64,000 nucleotides of DNA from Takakia lepidozioides (taxonomy: Eukaryota; Plantae; Bryophyta). Positions within the stretch are counted from its first letter, which is position 1. Each line of letters begins with the position of its first letter. A program made the translations under genes and the position numbers. Positions 24,901-39,900 of this stretch are shown here, piece by piece. The DNA is taken from the NCBI GenBank assembly GCA_030704615.1, contig CM060731.1:93186001-93250000 (forward strand), given 5' to 3'. A model generated the notes under the pieces. The model did not search any database. It saw only the letters and a program-made list of their open reading frames with translations, and was not told where the DNA came from.

Positions 24901-27900
24901 TCAATTTCTTGGTGTCAAGGCCATGAACAACCAAGGCCAAGTGTGTTTTCCAAAATGGACACTCTACACTTCACTAGCTCACTCACATGTCAGAAAGTTA
25001 CCTGACGCTCAGGAAACTTTGGCATTTCAGCCATGATGTCAACCATTGATGGACCCTTGCGAGTCAAAGCAAAGTATTCCACAGCTCGCTGCTGCACCTC
25101 TGCATCTATGAAGCTCTCATACCTGCTTACCACATTGACAGAACCAGAACAGTTAATAAAATGACTGCAAACAGCTGGATGAGCAGAAGAAGGTACGGGG
25201 TGAAAGGGAAAGTTGTCATACATGTTGAAGGACCTCACCTTTTGAAGACAGCCAAAACTTGATCCTGCAGCTCCTGATCAGGAGGCTGGGAGTGCATCAA
25301 TATCTTCACATAAGCTGACAGAAGCAGGGCCTTGGTGGCCGTCCTGCCACTCACATCCCCAGATCAGAGAACAGTAAAATGAAGTGAGAAAGACTGTAGA
25401 ATTTGTAGATGCAATGGATAGAGTCAACCACTTCACAGATAAGCAACTGTCTTACGAGTTTGGCAGCATCAATGCATTGGATCATGCCTGACTTGGAAGT
25501 GACCAGTCTGGGATTGCATCTAGAAGACAGAACTATCGTAATGGGTCTTGGCTAGCTCAAGACAAGTTGCAGATTCTAAGGAAAGCCATGATCTACTTTA
25601 TGCTAACAGTGAGAAAAACGTGGACTTCACAAACAATGTGCTTAGAAGACCATTATTAGCTTTTTCTCATAATCAACTGAGGTGCAGCCACAGAGAATAC
25701 AGATGAATGGAAATATACTCATAAGGAAACTGGCGGAGTACACACATGACAGTGGGGAACTTGTCGTGGATAATAGCGAAAATCTCCTTAGGGCTGCAAC
25801 CTGGTCGCCTGGCCAGCAAATGGCTATACTCTCCCAACATGTAACCTGCCACCTGCACCTCCCATTTGTATCTCACCCTTTCATGTTTTCTATCTCACTT
25901 CAGTTTTGGGTGGAGCTTGGACTTTTTTCATGTGATTCTCTTATTATACTATGTCGATTCAAGGCCCTTCAGGGCCTCCCATGGATGTTACCAAGTTTCT
26001 TTATCTCTCAGCTGTCTCCCCTGCTGCTACTTACGGCTGTGAGTTCTGGGCACCTGGTGTCCCAGTTAAAAAGGTTGGAATTGCTGCAATCAACCTTTCT
26101 TCAAGGAATGCTTGGAGTTAGAGGTACAACACCATCCCAAATTCTATGCGACGAATTTGCATGCGTACCGCTTCAAACCGAGGCCATCTTCTGGCTTACA
26201 ATCTTCTGTACAACGTTACAAACCCTTCCACCCAAGGGCTGACAGCTTGGGCCCTCACAACCAGTGTCTTTTTTTCTGGCCAAAAATCGCCAGATTTTGG
26301 CTGAAAAATTACTCAGCTACTTGTACAAGGGAATTATGTAAGGTAAAATCCGAAAAAATTGCCAAAAAGCGCGAGTGGTTGAATATCAGGAGCCTGACTT
26401 TGCTAGTGTGACCGTAAAACATGCCACCTGTTATATAGCCACTTTTCTAACCTCGTCACCTCGTTATTCTTGCCACATGGGTGCTGGGTAGAATTCACAT
26501 GTGGCCCCTGGCGAATTTTTGAAAAATTGAAAAGAAAAAAACACTGCTCACAACATCTATCAGGCTCAAAATCAAAATAATGGTTTGAAGACCTGGTGTG
26601 CTTGGGTGTCTAACTTTTTCGAGCACAATGGACTCTCCATCTTGCAGCCCATATGCAATCCCTTGAGCAATAGTTACTTTTGGGTTGCTTGTGGAGGGCC
26701 CCTCTCACTTTCTTGTTTATTTCTTCTCATTCCATAAGCTCTTTGAGTTTTCCACAGACATTATAAAGTACCATTTCATTTTCTTAATTTCCTTCTCTAC
26801 CATTTCCTTAAATTCCTTAATTTCCTTCTCTATCTTCTTCTCTTCTTCTTGAGATTGTGGAAGCAATTGAACATCTAAATGGATATAAAGCAGGTGGACC
26901 TGATGGCATAGTCAACAAGCTTATCAAGCACGGTGGCGATCCCATTATAGAGGCCCTAGTTCTCCTATTTAACCTTATCTGGAAGACTGAAATGATCCCC
27001 TTTCGCTGGCGACAGGGGGTCATTGTCAATATATACAAGAAGGGTGACAGAGAAGACCCAGGGAAAACTACCGTGGCATCACGCTTCTCAATGCTGTTGG
27101 CAAGATATTTTGCAGAGTTATAAGTACTTGTCTCGAGGTTGATCTGGAATCTAGAGGTGTTTTCACGAAGGCCAAGCTGGCTTTCGGCGAAACAGGGGCT
27201 GTGTGGATCATATCTTCACTCTAAGCCAGATTATCCAGGGAAGGAAAAAAGAAGGGAAACCCACTTACGTTTGTTCCTTGGATGACAAAAAGGCTTATGA
27301 CACAGTGTGGAGAGATGGCCTATGGCTCCGCTTCTGGTCTTGCGGGATCAAGGGAAAGATGTGGAGAGTTGTCCATAACTTGTATGCTCACACCAAAGCT
27401 GGTCACTGTTAATGGACAGAAGTCTAACTTCTTTGACATAGACCAAGGTGTAGCTCAAGGATGTACCCTCTCCCCTCTGCTCTTCAATGTTTTCATCAAT
27501 CAACTCCTCGAGGATGTGGAAAGTGAGGGATTTGGGTTAAGGGTGGGTGATGCCACCATTCCAGCCCTTATGTGTGCGGATGACTTCGCAGGCATAAAGG
27601 AGACTACTTCCAACCTCCAGGAATTGATTGATTGCGCGAAGAGATACTTTGATCTTTGGGGGCTAGAGGCTAATGTCAGTAAATGTGCAGTGGTGGCATT
27701 CAACGACAGAGGAGAGGGAGGAAGTGATCTTAAGTGGCAGTTGGGTAGCCAAGAGATTCCAGTCCTCTCTTCCTACACATACCTGGGCGTTGAGTTTTCC
27801 TCCAACTGTAACTGGGATGCACATATCCAGAAAGTTGTTCAAACTGGCAAAGGCAAAGCGCTGAGTCTCACTAAATTTTTCCACTGCAGAGGGATTAACT

Positions 27901-30900
27901 CTGAGGTCAAGAAAACCTTGCTTTGTCGTGTTATTAGACCTGCCTTGGAGTACGCATCTGCTATATGGGTTGATAACTCCAACCAGGCTAAGTCACTAGA
28001 ATCCATTCAAGTGGGGGTGCTTAAGGACTGCATGTCAGCATGCTCCAAAACAGCCAATGTGGCTGTTCGGGGTGAGTTTGGCATCCCTTCCTTAAGTTCC
28101 CGACGAGATCAATTCAAGGTCAGATGGTGGGGTCAGTTGCAACACGTCCAACACCAGATATCCTAAGTTAATAGACTCTATATCTTGGAAACAGGACCGC
28201 CCTGTCAGACAGGCTAAGTCCTGGCAGAAGAGAGTAGAAGAGATTCTCAAGGATCTGAATCTGGACCCGCAAGTCTTGACCCTGTTGGATAAATCTGATT
28301 TAGAGACTGTAGTGTCCAAAGCCATGTCTGTTACCAGAAAATTGTCTGATGAAAATGAAGTTAGGCAGAAAACTTCCCTGAACCTGTTTCCAGTCTGTGA
28401 CATGGGGGAGGACATCATGGATGACCTCAAGGGTCTACCCACTCTCGGCACCAAACTGAAATTTAAACTCAGGGCAGGAAGCCTACCTTTGAACAGTAAA
28501 CAGAAGCAGAGAGGAAAGGGAGAGTGCAATTGCCCGTTGTGTGGGCAACCCGAAGACAATATTCATTTTCTGATTCACTGCCCGGGGTACTCTCACCAGA
28601 GAGACGCTCTCCTCCAATCTATCAAGAGAATTGTGCCTGTACCTATGTTTACCAACTTTGAAAGTCTCGAGGCTGAGCCAAAAGCCCAGGCCCTTCTGGG
28701 GCCTAGTTACTGGGCAAACCACACACAGCAGATTGATGCTTGAGTGAAGGGATTTCTGGAGGATATCTGGAAAACCCGAATCAATGTTCTTTATCAAGGT
28801 AAGTCTTACTATCAACGTCAGCCCCTGACAGAGGTAGGTTCTGTCCCATTGTGTTCCGCTCAAACTGGGCGCGGGGTCAATGGCCACAAGGCTATGGCAA
28901 ACAACGTCTTATGAGTACATTCTATCTTCTTTTCTCTCCCTGTCCTCTAGGAAGCCTATTGACATTGGGTGGACTTGAAACGGGAGTACATTAATGTCTC
29001 TGTGACTAAATGCCGGCCTTGTGACCTCGTGTCCTTGTTTGTTTCGACCTGAAGCGCTTTGCTTCAGGTAAGGTAGTGCATTGGATTTAGTTGGAAAGCT
29101 TGGGGCCTTTCCCTCTTTAGAATATGCCTACACGGGCCATTCCCTGCAACTCCCTGGAGTGTGATCTCTGAATGGTAACAAGCGGACTCCTACCGCTTGG
29201 GGGCAGCCCCTCCACCCAAATTGGGCAGTCGTATGCTCTGTCTAGCATACGATGTGTCCTTTAAAACTACATGCTCTAGCTTAGGCTTGGATTTCATGGC
29301 TAATGGTACCATCTCGAGACTTGATAACAGGGGTACGTTGAAGGTTGCAATGACCAAAAGTGCTTCTAATAGAGTCCCGCATCAATTCAATCTCAAAGAA
29401 GTTCATCCCTTGACTGGCTGGAGAGCGGTCTTAGACATTGGTGATTCAACGGGGCGCTCTAGGAAGACAACCAAGGGCAACAACTTCAACTTGAGAGTTT
29501 CTAATCGGTTTGATGCTCTGGATGAGGTTGAATCCAAACAGCCAGAAGGACAAGATGCCCCTAAGTGTACGGAACCTGAACGTCCTGAATCTGAAGGATT
29601 TGGTACTCTGAATGGTTTACCAATCCTCAAGGTTTACACAAGACGAACAAATTCTATACACAGGGTAATGTCCCCAAGCCGTCAGATGGACAATCTGTCC
29701 CTAAGTGTGCAGAGCCTGAACGTCGTGTAACTGAAGGATTTGGTACTCTAAATGGTTTACCAATCCTCAAAGTCTACACAAGACGAGCAAAATCTATACA
29801 CGGGGTAATTGTCCCCAAGCAGTCTGACGGACAATCTGCCCCTATGTGTGCGGAGCCTGTGCGTCGTGTAACTGAAAGATTTGGTACCCTGAATGGTTTA
29901 CCAATTCTCAAAGTTTACACAAGACGAGCAAAATCTACACATGGGGTAACTGTCCCCCCTTTCCAGAACGGTTGGCCGTCCAGGAGCAATCACAAGCTAC
30001 GTAGACGACAAACAATTCACACGCAAAGGGCTGGCTTGCGGCTGGCCACTTTCAACTTCTCAGGGTTGACCAACCAAAGGAAACAACTTGAAGTGGGACA
30101 AGTTCTTCGGACTAATGATATTCATATCTGTGCTGGGCAAGAAACATGGGAAACGTCGGATAAACTGGTTGGAGATGTCATTGGTTATAAATGGGCAGGT
30201 AAGATGTGTACTCTCAAGGCAGCCTCTGCCAAACGCGGTCAAAAAGGGGTCGGATTCTTTGTCCGTGATTTCTTGTTTGACAATTGTGAAATTATCAACA
30301 AGGGTTTGAGGTACGAGCATAGTATCTGGCTAAAACTGAATTTGAAGGGCGGCATGAGTACAAAGGACCTCTTTGTTGGTTGTGTTTACATGCCCACAGA
30401 GGGGACCCTTAGTGCTGACGCAGACAAGGCCTTCGAAGATGTAAAGCTGGACTGTGCTTCGTTCCTTGCCAAAGGTCAGGTGGTACTATTGGGGGACTTC
30501 AATGCCCGGGTGGGCAAAGGGATCCATCAGGACGATATCATTGGACCTTTTGGTGAGGACGAGCTGAATTCTAATGGCAGACGGTTAATTAACTGTCTAG
30601 AAGAGCTTCAGCTTTTGACCTTGAATAACAGGACAAGAGGTGACCAAGTGCAGTGGACTCGTGAGAAATCCCAAACTGGGGAACGTTCCATTGTGGACTA
30701 TATCATAATGGACAAAATTTTGTTCCCCCAGTGTGCCAATGTGTTGATCGACAGAACTGATATTGGTACCTCTGACCACTTCCTGGTTTGGACTGAGATC
30801 AAAAGGTGTTTTCCCACCACCAAGAGATCTGTGAAACGTTCATTCGGAAGTGGCGCATAGAAAAATTCCACAATGAGGAGGTCAAGGCTGAGTACGTCCA

Positions 30901-33900
30901 GGCCTTGCAAGAGGCTCTCCCTCATTTTGTCCAATCGCTCCAAGAACTTCAGTCACGCTCTGTTAACGCAAGAAATGAAGTCGAAAGGCAGTGGACTCTT
31001 GGGAGAGTTTCGTTTCCTCCGTGGCTGACAAGATCATTGGGAGGAAACTAATTGTCTGCGGTAGAGCAGTTAATTGGTGGACTAATGAGATTAAACTCAA
31101 GATAGCTGAGAGACGAGCCCTCTATAAAGAGTGCTGCAATTTGGAAACCAACAGAGAATTGTGGGCGAGGTACTACCAGCTCCGTAAAGATATCAATCAG
31201 CTTGTTAGGTCTCAGAAGAAATTATACTGGGACAAGTTATACAGTGAAATAAACTCAAACCACCATGGTGGTAATGACAAGAAATTCTGGTTGGCCCTTC
31301 AACGTTTGTACAAGCCGAAAAACGGTCAGCAAGTACAAGCGCTGAAGACTACTAAAGGTGCAGTGGTGACTTCATCGGTTGACATTGTCAAAACCTTTGA
31401 AACTCACTACAGTATCCTTGGCAGAACTTCTAGGTCTAACAGTGAGGGGTCTTCTGCTGAATGGAGGGACACAGTTGGAAAAACTGTTCCTATGATTCAA
31501 AACAGCCCTGATGAACTGGAGTATATTTCAATGGCTTATAATGCTCCCATTAGTTCTTCTGAGATTGTGGAAGCAATTGAACATTTAAATGGATATAAAG
31601 CTGGTGGACCTGATGGTATTGTCAACGAGCTTATCAAGCACGGTGGCGATCCCATGATAGAGGCCCTAGTTCTCCTCTTTAACCTTATCTGGAAGACTGA
31701 AATGATCCCCTTTCGCTGGCGACAGGGGGTCATTGTCAATCTATACAAGAAGGGTGACAGAGAAGAACCGGGGAACTACCGTGGCATCACGCTCCTCAAT
31801 GCTGTTGGCAAGACATTCTGCAGAGTTATAAGTACTCGTCTCGAGGTTGATCTGGAGTCTAGAGGTTGTTTCCACGAAGGCCAAGCTGGCTTTCGGCGAA
31901 ACAGGGGCTGTGTGGATCATATCTTCACTCTAAGCCAGATTATCCAGGGAAGGAAAAAAGAAGGGAAACCCACTTATGTCTTTTTCCTGGATGTCAAAAA
32001 GGCTTATGGAGAAATGGCCTATTGTTCCGCCTCTGGTCTTGTAAGGGAAAGATGTGGAGAGTTGTCCACAACTTGTATGCTCACACCAAAAGCTGTGTCA
32101 CTGTTAACGGACAGAAGTCCAACTTCTTTGACATAGACCAAGGTGTAGCTCAAGGATGTACTCTCTCCCCTCTGCTCTTCAATGTTTTCATCAATCAACT
32201 CCTCGAGGATGTGGAAAGTGAGGGATTTGGGTTAAGGGTGGGTGATACCACCATACCAGCCCTTATGTTTGCGGATGACTTCGCAGGCATAGGGGAGACT
32301 CCAACCAATCTCCAGGAGTTGATTGATTGCGCGAAGAGATACTTTGATCTTTGGGGGCTAGAGGCTAATGTCAGCAAATGTGCAGTGGTAGCATTCAACG
32401 ACAGAGGAGAGGGAGGAAGTGATCTTAAGTGGCAGTGGGGTAGCCAAGAGATCCCGGTCCTCCCTTCCTACACTTACCTGGGCGTTGAGTTCTCCTCCAA
32501 TTGTAATTGGGATGCACATATCCGGAAAGTTGTTCAAACTGGCAAGGGCAAAGCTCTGGGGCTCACTAAATTTTTCCACTGCAGAGGGGTCAACTCTGAG
32601 GTTAAGAAAACCATGCTTTGTCGCGTTATTAGACCTGCCTTGGAGTACGGATCTGCTATATGGGTTGATAACTCCAACCAGGCTAAGTCTCTAGAATCCA
32701 TTCAAGTGGGGGTGCTTAAGGAGTGTATGTCAGCATGCTCCAAAACAGCCAATGTGGCTGTTCGGGGTGAGTTTGGCATTCCGTCCTTAAGCTCCCGACG
32801 AGATGAATTCAAGGTCAGATGGTGGGGTCAGCTGCAACATATGCCCAACACCAGATATCCTAAGTTAATCGACTCTATATCTTGGAAACAGGACCGCCCT
32901 GTCAAACAGGCTAAGTCCTGGCAGAAGAGAGTAGAAGAGATCCTCAAGGACCTGGACCTGGATCCGCAAGTCTTGACCCTGCTGGATAAATCTGACTTAG
33001 AGGCTGTAGTGTCCTCAGCCATGTCTGTTGCCATGAGATTGTCTGATGAAAATGAAGTTAGGCAGAAAACTTCCCTGAACTTGTTTCCAGTCTGTGACAT
33101 GGGGGAGGACATCTTGGATGACCTCAAGGGTCTACCCACTCTCGGCACTAGACTGAAATTTAAACTCAGGGCAGGAAGCCTACCTTTGAACAGCAAACAG
33201 AAGCAGAGAGGAAAGGGAGAGTGCAATTGCCCGTTGTGTGGGCAATCTGAAGACAGTATTCATTTTCTGATACACTGTCCGGGGTTCTCTCACCAAAGAG
33301 ACGCTCTCTTCAAATCTATCAAGGGAATTGTGCCTGTACCCCTGTTTACCAACTTTGAAAGTCTCGAGGCTGAGCCAAAAGCCCAGGCCCTCCTGAGGCC
33401 TAGTTTTTGGGCAAATCACACACAGCAGATTGATGCTTGTGTGAAGGGATTTCTAGAGGATATCTGGAAAACCCGGATTAATTCGTTATATGGAGGTAAG
33501 TCTTACTACCAACATCAGCCCCTGACAGAGGTAGGTTCTGTTCCTTTTGTTCCCGCTCAAACTGGGCGCGGGGTCAATGGCCACAAGGCTACGGCAAACA
33601 ACGTCTTATGAGTACAATCTATCTTCTTCTTTTCACCTCAGTCTGAACCAGTGTTGAGCGGATATAGAGTCATCAGGACATCAACAGCAGGATATCAACC
33701 CGGATATCAAAGTATCCGGAGCCGGAACCGGCATTTTTTAGGACCCGGGCTAGATGCATAACCGGCGGATATGAAAGTGGAAAAATTATTCTATACCCGG
33801 TGCAACACCTGGCGGCTATCCAGCCAATACCCGTCAATACCCAGCGGATATCCGGCCTAAAATCAATAACCGGATGCATACCTGGATCCGCTGTTTATCA

Positions 33901-36900
33901 TGTTGGTAATACCCGGAACTGGCGGATATCTAAAACCAAAAAAAATTTATAGCCGGAACCGGCAGCGGATACTAAAAAAATTTAATACCCGCCGAACACT
34001 GGTCTGAACATGAACTCTGTAAAAGCCCCTTCCTAACGACGCCCAGACTCAAATTTGCACACCTTCACCATGGTTTCGTGCACAGCTGGCTTGTCCAGGT
34101 ACTCCCGAGCCTTTGCTGCTGCATGAGCCTGTTTGCACAGTCCAATTCACACAAAACCTTTACACAACAATCTAACCCCTCCCTCCTCCTCTCCAACTTC
34201 TGCAGTATCAAATAGAACCCATACAGGAAGCAACTTAGTGTACCATAGAGCATAGCATGTTAAATAACATATAGACAGAGTCAATAGCAAATAATGGAAA
34301 GCTTCCTCAGTACAGGCCATTAATACTTCTACATAATCTGCCATATGAGGCAATGCTAACATACAAGGAAAAAATGCATCATATCCACGGCAGTTTTCAA
34401 AGAAATAAGTTGCACATTCGAGATACTCCAACCCAGAAAACAGGCTGTGCCTGCAACCATGATCAAGGCAGTCAAACAAGCTTTCTGTTCATTAAGGATA
34501 CCTGGAGGTCTTCATTGTTGGTCACAAACTGAACGACGCGATACCAAATGTCATCACTAACAAAGTCGCCAGCTTTCTCGATTAGCTGCAGTATCACATC
34601 AACATACCTGCATACAAGCAGCCATCAAACAATATCTTGCTTACGAGGCGGTAACCTAGTGCAAAAAAGCAACTGTCTACCTCATTGATATCAACTATCT
34701 TACAATGCTTTGAGTGAAATGGTTAGGTAAGCTTAAAGAGTTGAGGGACTACAGATTGATGTCATGACTACCGTGAACAGGAAGAGAAAGTAAATGTATT
34801 TTAACATAGGTATGATGATTAAAATTTCCATCGGCACTTCCAAAGAAACGTATTTGCCCCAAGTGTTCAGTACCACGAAAGATCTGGAGCAAACTTTTCC
34901 GCAAGAATAGCAGCCTTCAGTGCCAGCTCCTCTCGGATGCCAAAGTCTGCTGTTGTCAGATACTGTAGGCCAGCCAAACAATATAGCAATGTGGGTAATT
35001 GGGGAGGCCAGAGAAAAGAACAAAAAATAAGTTATAACATCCATCAAGAATCCCAAAGGCCCGTGCAACATTGTAAAACAAGGGAAAACCAAAAGATCAC
35101 AAGAATAACAGAAGAAAGACATAAGGACTCAGAGAAATAAGGAAAGGAACTTCATAATGTTCTTGCGAAGTCCAGAGAGCCAGAGAAACAGGGACAGAGA
35201 GATTCCCAACATAATATTGATACTTCCACAATTACGCGTATGTTTGCTAAATCTGAGGAAAGCCTGCTGTACCTGCAAGAGCTCTTCCACAATTTCCTTG
35301 GCATTGCTCACATCACACATGCCGTATAGCAGATCCAGTGAGCGCCTCCTAATACTGCCACAGCACCATCCCAAGGCCCCTTTCAGTTGTCTCTCTATCT
35401 TTCTCATTCTCTCTCAACACACAGAAGAGAGCCAAGACCCCTTAGACAACAAAGAAGACAGCACCGTCGTGTTCCCCAGGTAAGTGTCAGGAAAAGCCCT
35501 GAATCCTTAACTGAGGCTGGACAGGAACTGACAAGCAAGCACCCTTTCTCTCTCTCCCTCTCTTCCTCTCTCTTGTCAAGAGGTGACCAAGTGCAGTGGA
35601 CTCGTGAGAAACCCCAAACTGGGGAACGTTCCATTGTGGACTATATTATAATGGACAAAATTTTGTTCCCCCAGTGTGCCAATGTGTTGATCGACAGAAC
35701 TGATATTGGTACCTCTGACCACTTCCTGGTTTGGACTGAGATCAAAAGGTGTTTTCCCACCACCAAGAGATCTGTGAAACGTTCGATTCGGAAGTGGCGC
35801 ATAGTAAAATTCCACAATGAGGAGGTCAAGGCTGAGTACGTCCAGGCCTTGCAAGAGGCTCTCCCTCATTTTGTCCAATCGCTCCAAGAACTTCAGTCAC
35901 GCTCTTGCAAGAAATGAAGTCGAAAGGGCAGTGGACTCTTGGGAGAGTTTCGTTTCCTCCGTGGCTGACAAGATCATTGGGAGGAAACTAATTGTCTGCG
36001 GTAGAGCAGTTAATTGGTGGACTAATGAGATTAAACTCAAGATAGCTGAGAGACGAGCCCTCTATAAAGAGTGCTGCAATTTGGAAACCAACAGAGAATT
36101 GTGGGCGAGGTACTACCAGCTCCGTAAAGATATCAATCAGCTTGTTAGGTCTCAGAAGAAATTATACTGGGACAAGTTATACAGTGAAATAAACTCAAAC
36201 CACCATGGTGGTAATGACAAGAAATTCTGGTTGGCCCTTCAACGTTTGTACAAACCGAAAAACGGTCAGCAAGTACAAGCGCTGAAGACTACTAAAGGTG
36301 CAGTGGTGACTTCATCGGTTGACATTGTCAAAACCTTTGAAACTCACTACAGTATCCTTGGCAGAACTTCTAGGTCTAACAGTGAGGGGTCTTCTGCTGA
36401 ATGGAGGGACACAGTTGGAAAAACTGTTCCTATGATTCAAAACAGCCCTGATGAACTGGAGTATATTTCAATGGCTTATAATGCTCCCATTAGTTCTTCT
36501 GAGATTGTGGAAGCAATTGAACATTTAAATGGATATAAAGCTGGTGGACCTGATGGTATTGTCAACGAGCTTATCAAGCACGGTGGCGATCCCATGATAG
36601 AGGCCCTAGTTCTCCTCTTTAACCTTATCTGGAAGACTGAAATGATCCCCTTTCGCTGGCGACAGGGGGTCATTGTCAATCTATACAAGAACCGGGGAAC
36701 TACCGTGGCATCACGCTCCTCAATGCTGTTGGCAAGACATTCTGCAGAGTTATAAGTACTCGTCTCGAGGTTGATCTGGAGTCTAGACGTTGTTTCCACG
36801 AAGGCCAAGCTGGCTTTCGGCGAAACAGGGGCTGTGTGGATCATATCTTCACTCTAAGCCAGATTATCCAGGGAAGGAAAAAAGAAGGGAAACCCACTTA

Positions 36901-39900
36901 TGTCTGTTTCCTGGATGTCAAAAAGGCTTATGGAGAAATGGCCTATTGTTCCGCCTCTGGTCTTGTAAGGGAAAGATGTGGAGAGTTGTCCACAACTTGT
37001 ATGCTCACACCAAGAGCTGTGTCACTGTTAACGGACAGAAGTCCAACTTCTTTGACATAGACCAAGGTGTAGCTCAAGGATGTACTCTCTCCCCTCTGCT
37101 CTTCAATGTTTTCATCAATCAACTCCTCGAGGATGTGGAAAGTGAGGGATTTGGGTTAAGGGTGGGTGATACCACCATACCAGCCCTTATGTTTGCGGAT
37201 GACTTTGCAGGCATAGGGGAGACTCCAACCAATCTCCAGGAGTTGATTGATTGCGCGAAGAGATACTTTGATCTTTGGGGGCTAGAGGCTAATGTCAGCA
37301 AATGTGCAGTGGTAGCATTCAACGACAGAGGAGAGGGAGGAAGTGATCTTAAGTGGCAGTGGGGTAGCCAAGAGATCCCGGTCCTCCCTTCCTACACTTA
37401 CCTGGGCGTTGAGTTCTCCTCCAATTGTAATTGGGATGCACATATCCGGAAAGTTGTTCAAACTGGCTAGGGCAAAGCTCTGGGGCTCACTAAATTTTTC
37501 CACTGCAGAGGGGTCAACTCTGAGGTTAAGAAAACCATGCTTTGTCGCGTTATTAGACCTGCCTTGGAGTACGGATCTGCTATATGGGTTGATAACTCCA
37601 ACCAGGCTAAGTCTCTAGAATCCATTCAAGTGGGGGTGCTTAAGGAGTGTATGTCAGCATGCTCCAAAACAGCCAATGTGGCTGTTCGGGGTGAGTTTGG
37701 CATTCCGTCCTTAAGCTCCCGACGAGATGAATTTAAGGTCAGATGGTGGGGTCAGCTGCAACATATGCCCAACACCAGATATCCTAAGTTAATCGACTCT
37801 ATATCTTGGAAACAGGACCGCCCTGTCAAACAGGCTAAGTCCTGGCAGAAGAGAGTAGAAGAGATCCTCAAGGACCTGGACCTGGATCCGCAAGTCTTGA
37901 CCCTGCTGGATAAATCTGACTTAGAGGCTGTAGTGTCCTCAGCCATGTCTGTTGCCATGAGATTGTCTGATGAAAATGAAGTTAGGCAGAAAACTTCCCT
38001 GAACTTGTTTCCAGTCTGTGACATGGGGGAGGACATCTTGGATGACCTCAAGGGTCTACCCACTCTCGGCACTAGACTGAAATTTAAACTCAGGGCAGGA
38101 AGCCTACCTTTGAACAGCAAACAGAAGCAGAGAGGAAAGGGAGAGTGCAATTGCCCGTTGTGTGGGCAATCTGAAGACAGTATTCATTTTCTGATACACT
38201 GTCCGGGGTTCTCTCACCAAAGAGACGCTCTCTTCAAATCTATCAAGGGAATTGTGCCTGTACCCCTGTTTACCAACTTTGAAAGTCTCGAGGCTGAGCC
38301 AAAAGCCCAGGCCCTCCTGAGGCCTAGTTTTTGGGCAAATCACACACAGCAGATTGATGCTTGTGTGAAGGGATTTCTAGAGGATATCTGGAAAACCCGG
38401 ATTAATTCTTTATATGGAGGTAAGTCTTACTACCAATGTCAGCCCCTGACAGAGGTAGGTTCTGTCCCTTTTGTTCCCGCTCAAACTGGGCGCGGGGTCA
38501 ATGGCCACAAGGCTACGGCAAACAACGTCTTATGAGTACAATCTCTCTTCCTCTCTATTTCCCCGGTGGCTTAGCTTCAGGAGGCCCGTCTCTATGTGCC
38601 ACAATCTTTCTTTTCCATCACATTTTTTGACTGTTTTGTGGACTTTATAGAGCTTGGTTCATTTTCTTTCTTTCCTTTTCTCTCTCTATTTTCCTCCATG
38701 ATGTTATGAGTCATGTTGACTTGAAGGCCCACAACAACTGGTGTAATACAATTGCAGTAACCGATAATGCAATTGCCAAGTCCGCAGGGTGAGGGATTGT
38801 AGACTTTGGCAAATGAGTGATGACTCTCAGGGCTCGTCTCCGAAGATAAGACCTCTACAGAGCATGGTACATCCTATAGATACCTGAAACACACCAGATA
38901 TATACACGGGGAAAAATACCTAATGTCAGGGTCCTTAAGAGAGGTGATAATTTGTGCTTGATGCTTCTTGATACTGTCTTGCACATCTGCCACTAAAAGC
39001 ATCCTTGTCATGTTTTCCTGCACTCATTCATGCACTGTCAGCAAATATGTTGTGACTTCACTACTCAAATACTTGACCTGCTGGATCTAAGTATCCTATT
39101 TTCATCTCCAGAGAGATTGCTACTGCTTTCCAAGAAATGTCTCAACTCCCATCAACTTGCCATAGGTTTATGATGGTTGACTTCAATTTACTTATCTCTT
39201 TCCCAAGCCATGAGGTTGCTAAGCAGGTAGATTGCCTAGGTTATAACTTACGTACCAAGCCAAGATAGCGGATATTCGGCTCGCGTACAGCGATAAATTT
39301 GCCCAGCAAAGCTACACACTGCGACATCATTTCTTTTTCAGCGTCTAGATGCATTACCTGCCAACCATACAAGCCAATTCCATTCAAAATTAAAAATGTC
39401 AGAGAAGGTGCATGCAACCTCATTGCTTACTTTTTCCTTTCTCTTTCTTGCAGTGGGGAAATACCCCAGAATAAAGTCTCCTCTCTCTCTATCGTTTACG
39501 CTCTCTGGCATTCTGTGGACGTAATAATTTTCGATCTTGTTTCTCTCTCTGTGTGCGTCAGGACGCCAAAAGACTATCCAAAACTACATGATTAACTGCC
39601 ACAGAAGTATTGAAAATTCCATAAACCTGTGACTGGCAGACTGGCCACATGAAAATGCAATACATATAAGGTCAAACCATGTACCAAAGCAAGTGCCTCA
39701 AAGAGAACTGCATGGGAGGCATTGTTTTTGTTGACATTCTTCACAACGTCTGTCCCCATCAAAATGCGCTGCAGAACCTGCAAATACCATGTACCAAATT
39801 TGAGTGAGGTATGAGAGACAACAGGATGTACAATGCGGATTTATTATGAGAATTCCTGCAACACTAGGAGAGAGAGCCGAAATTCTAATTTGGTAGATAT

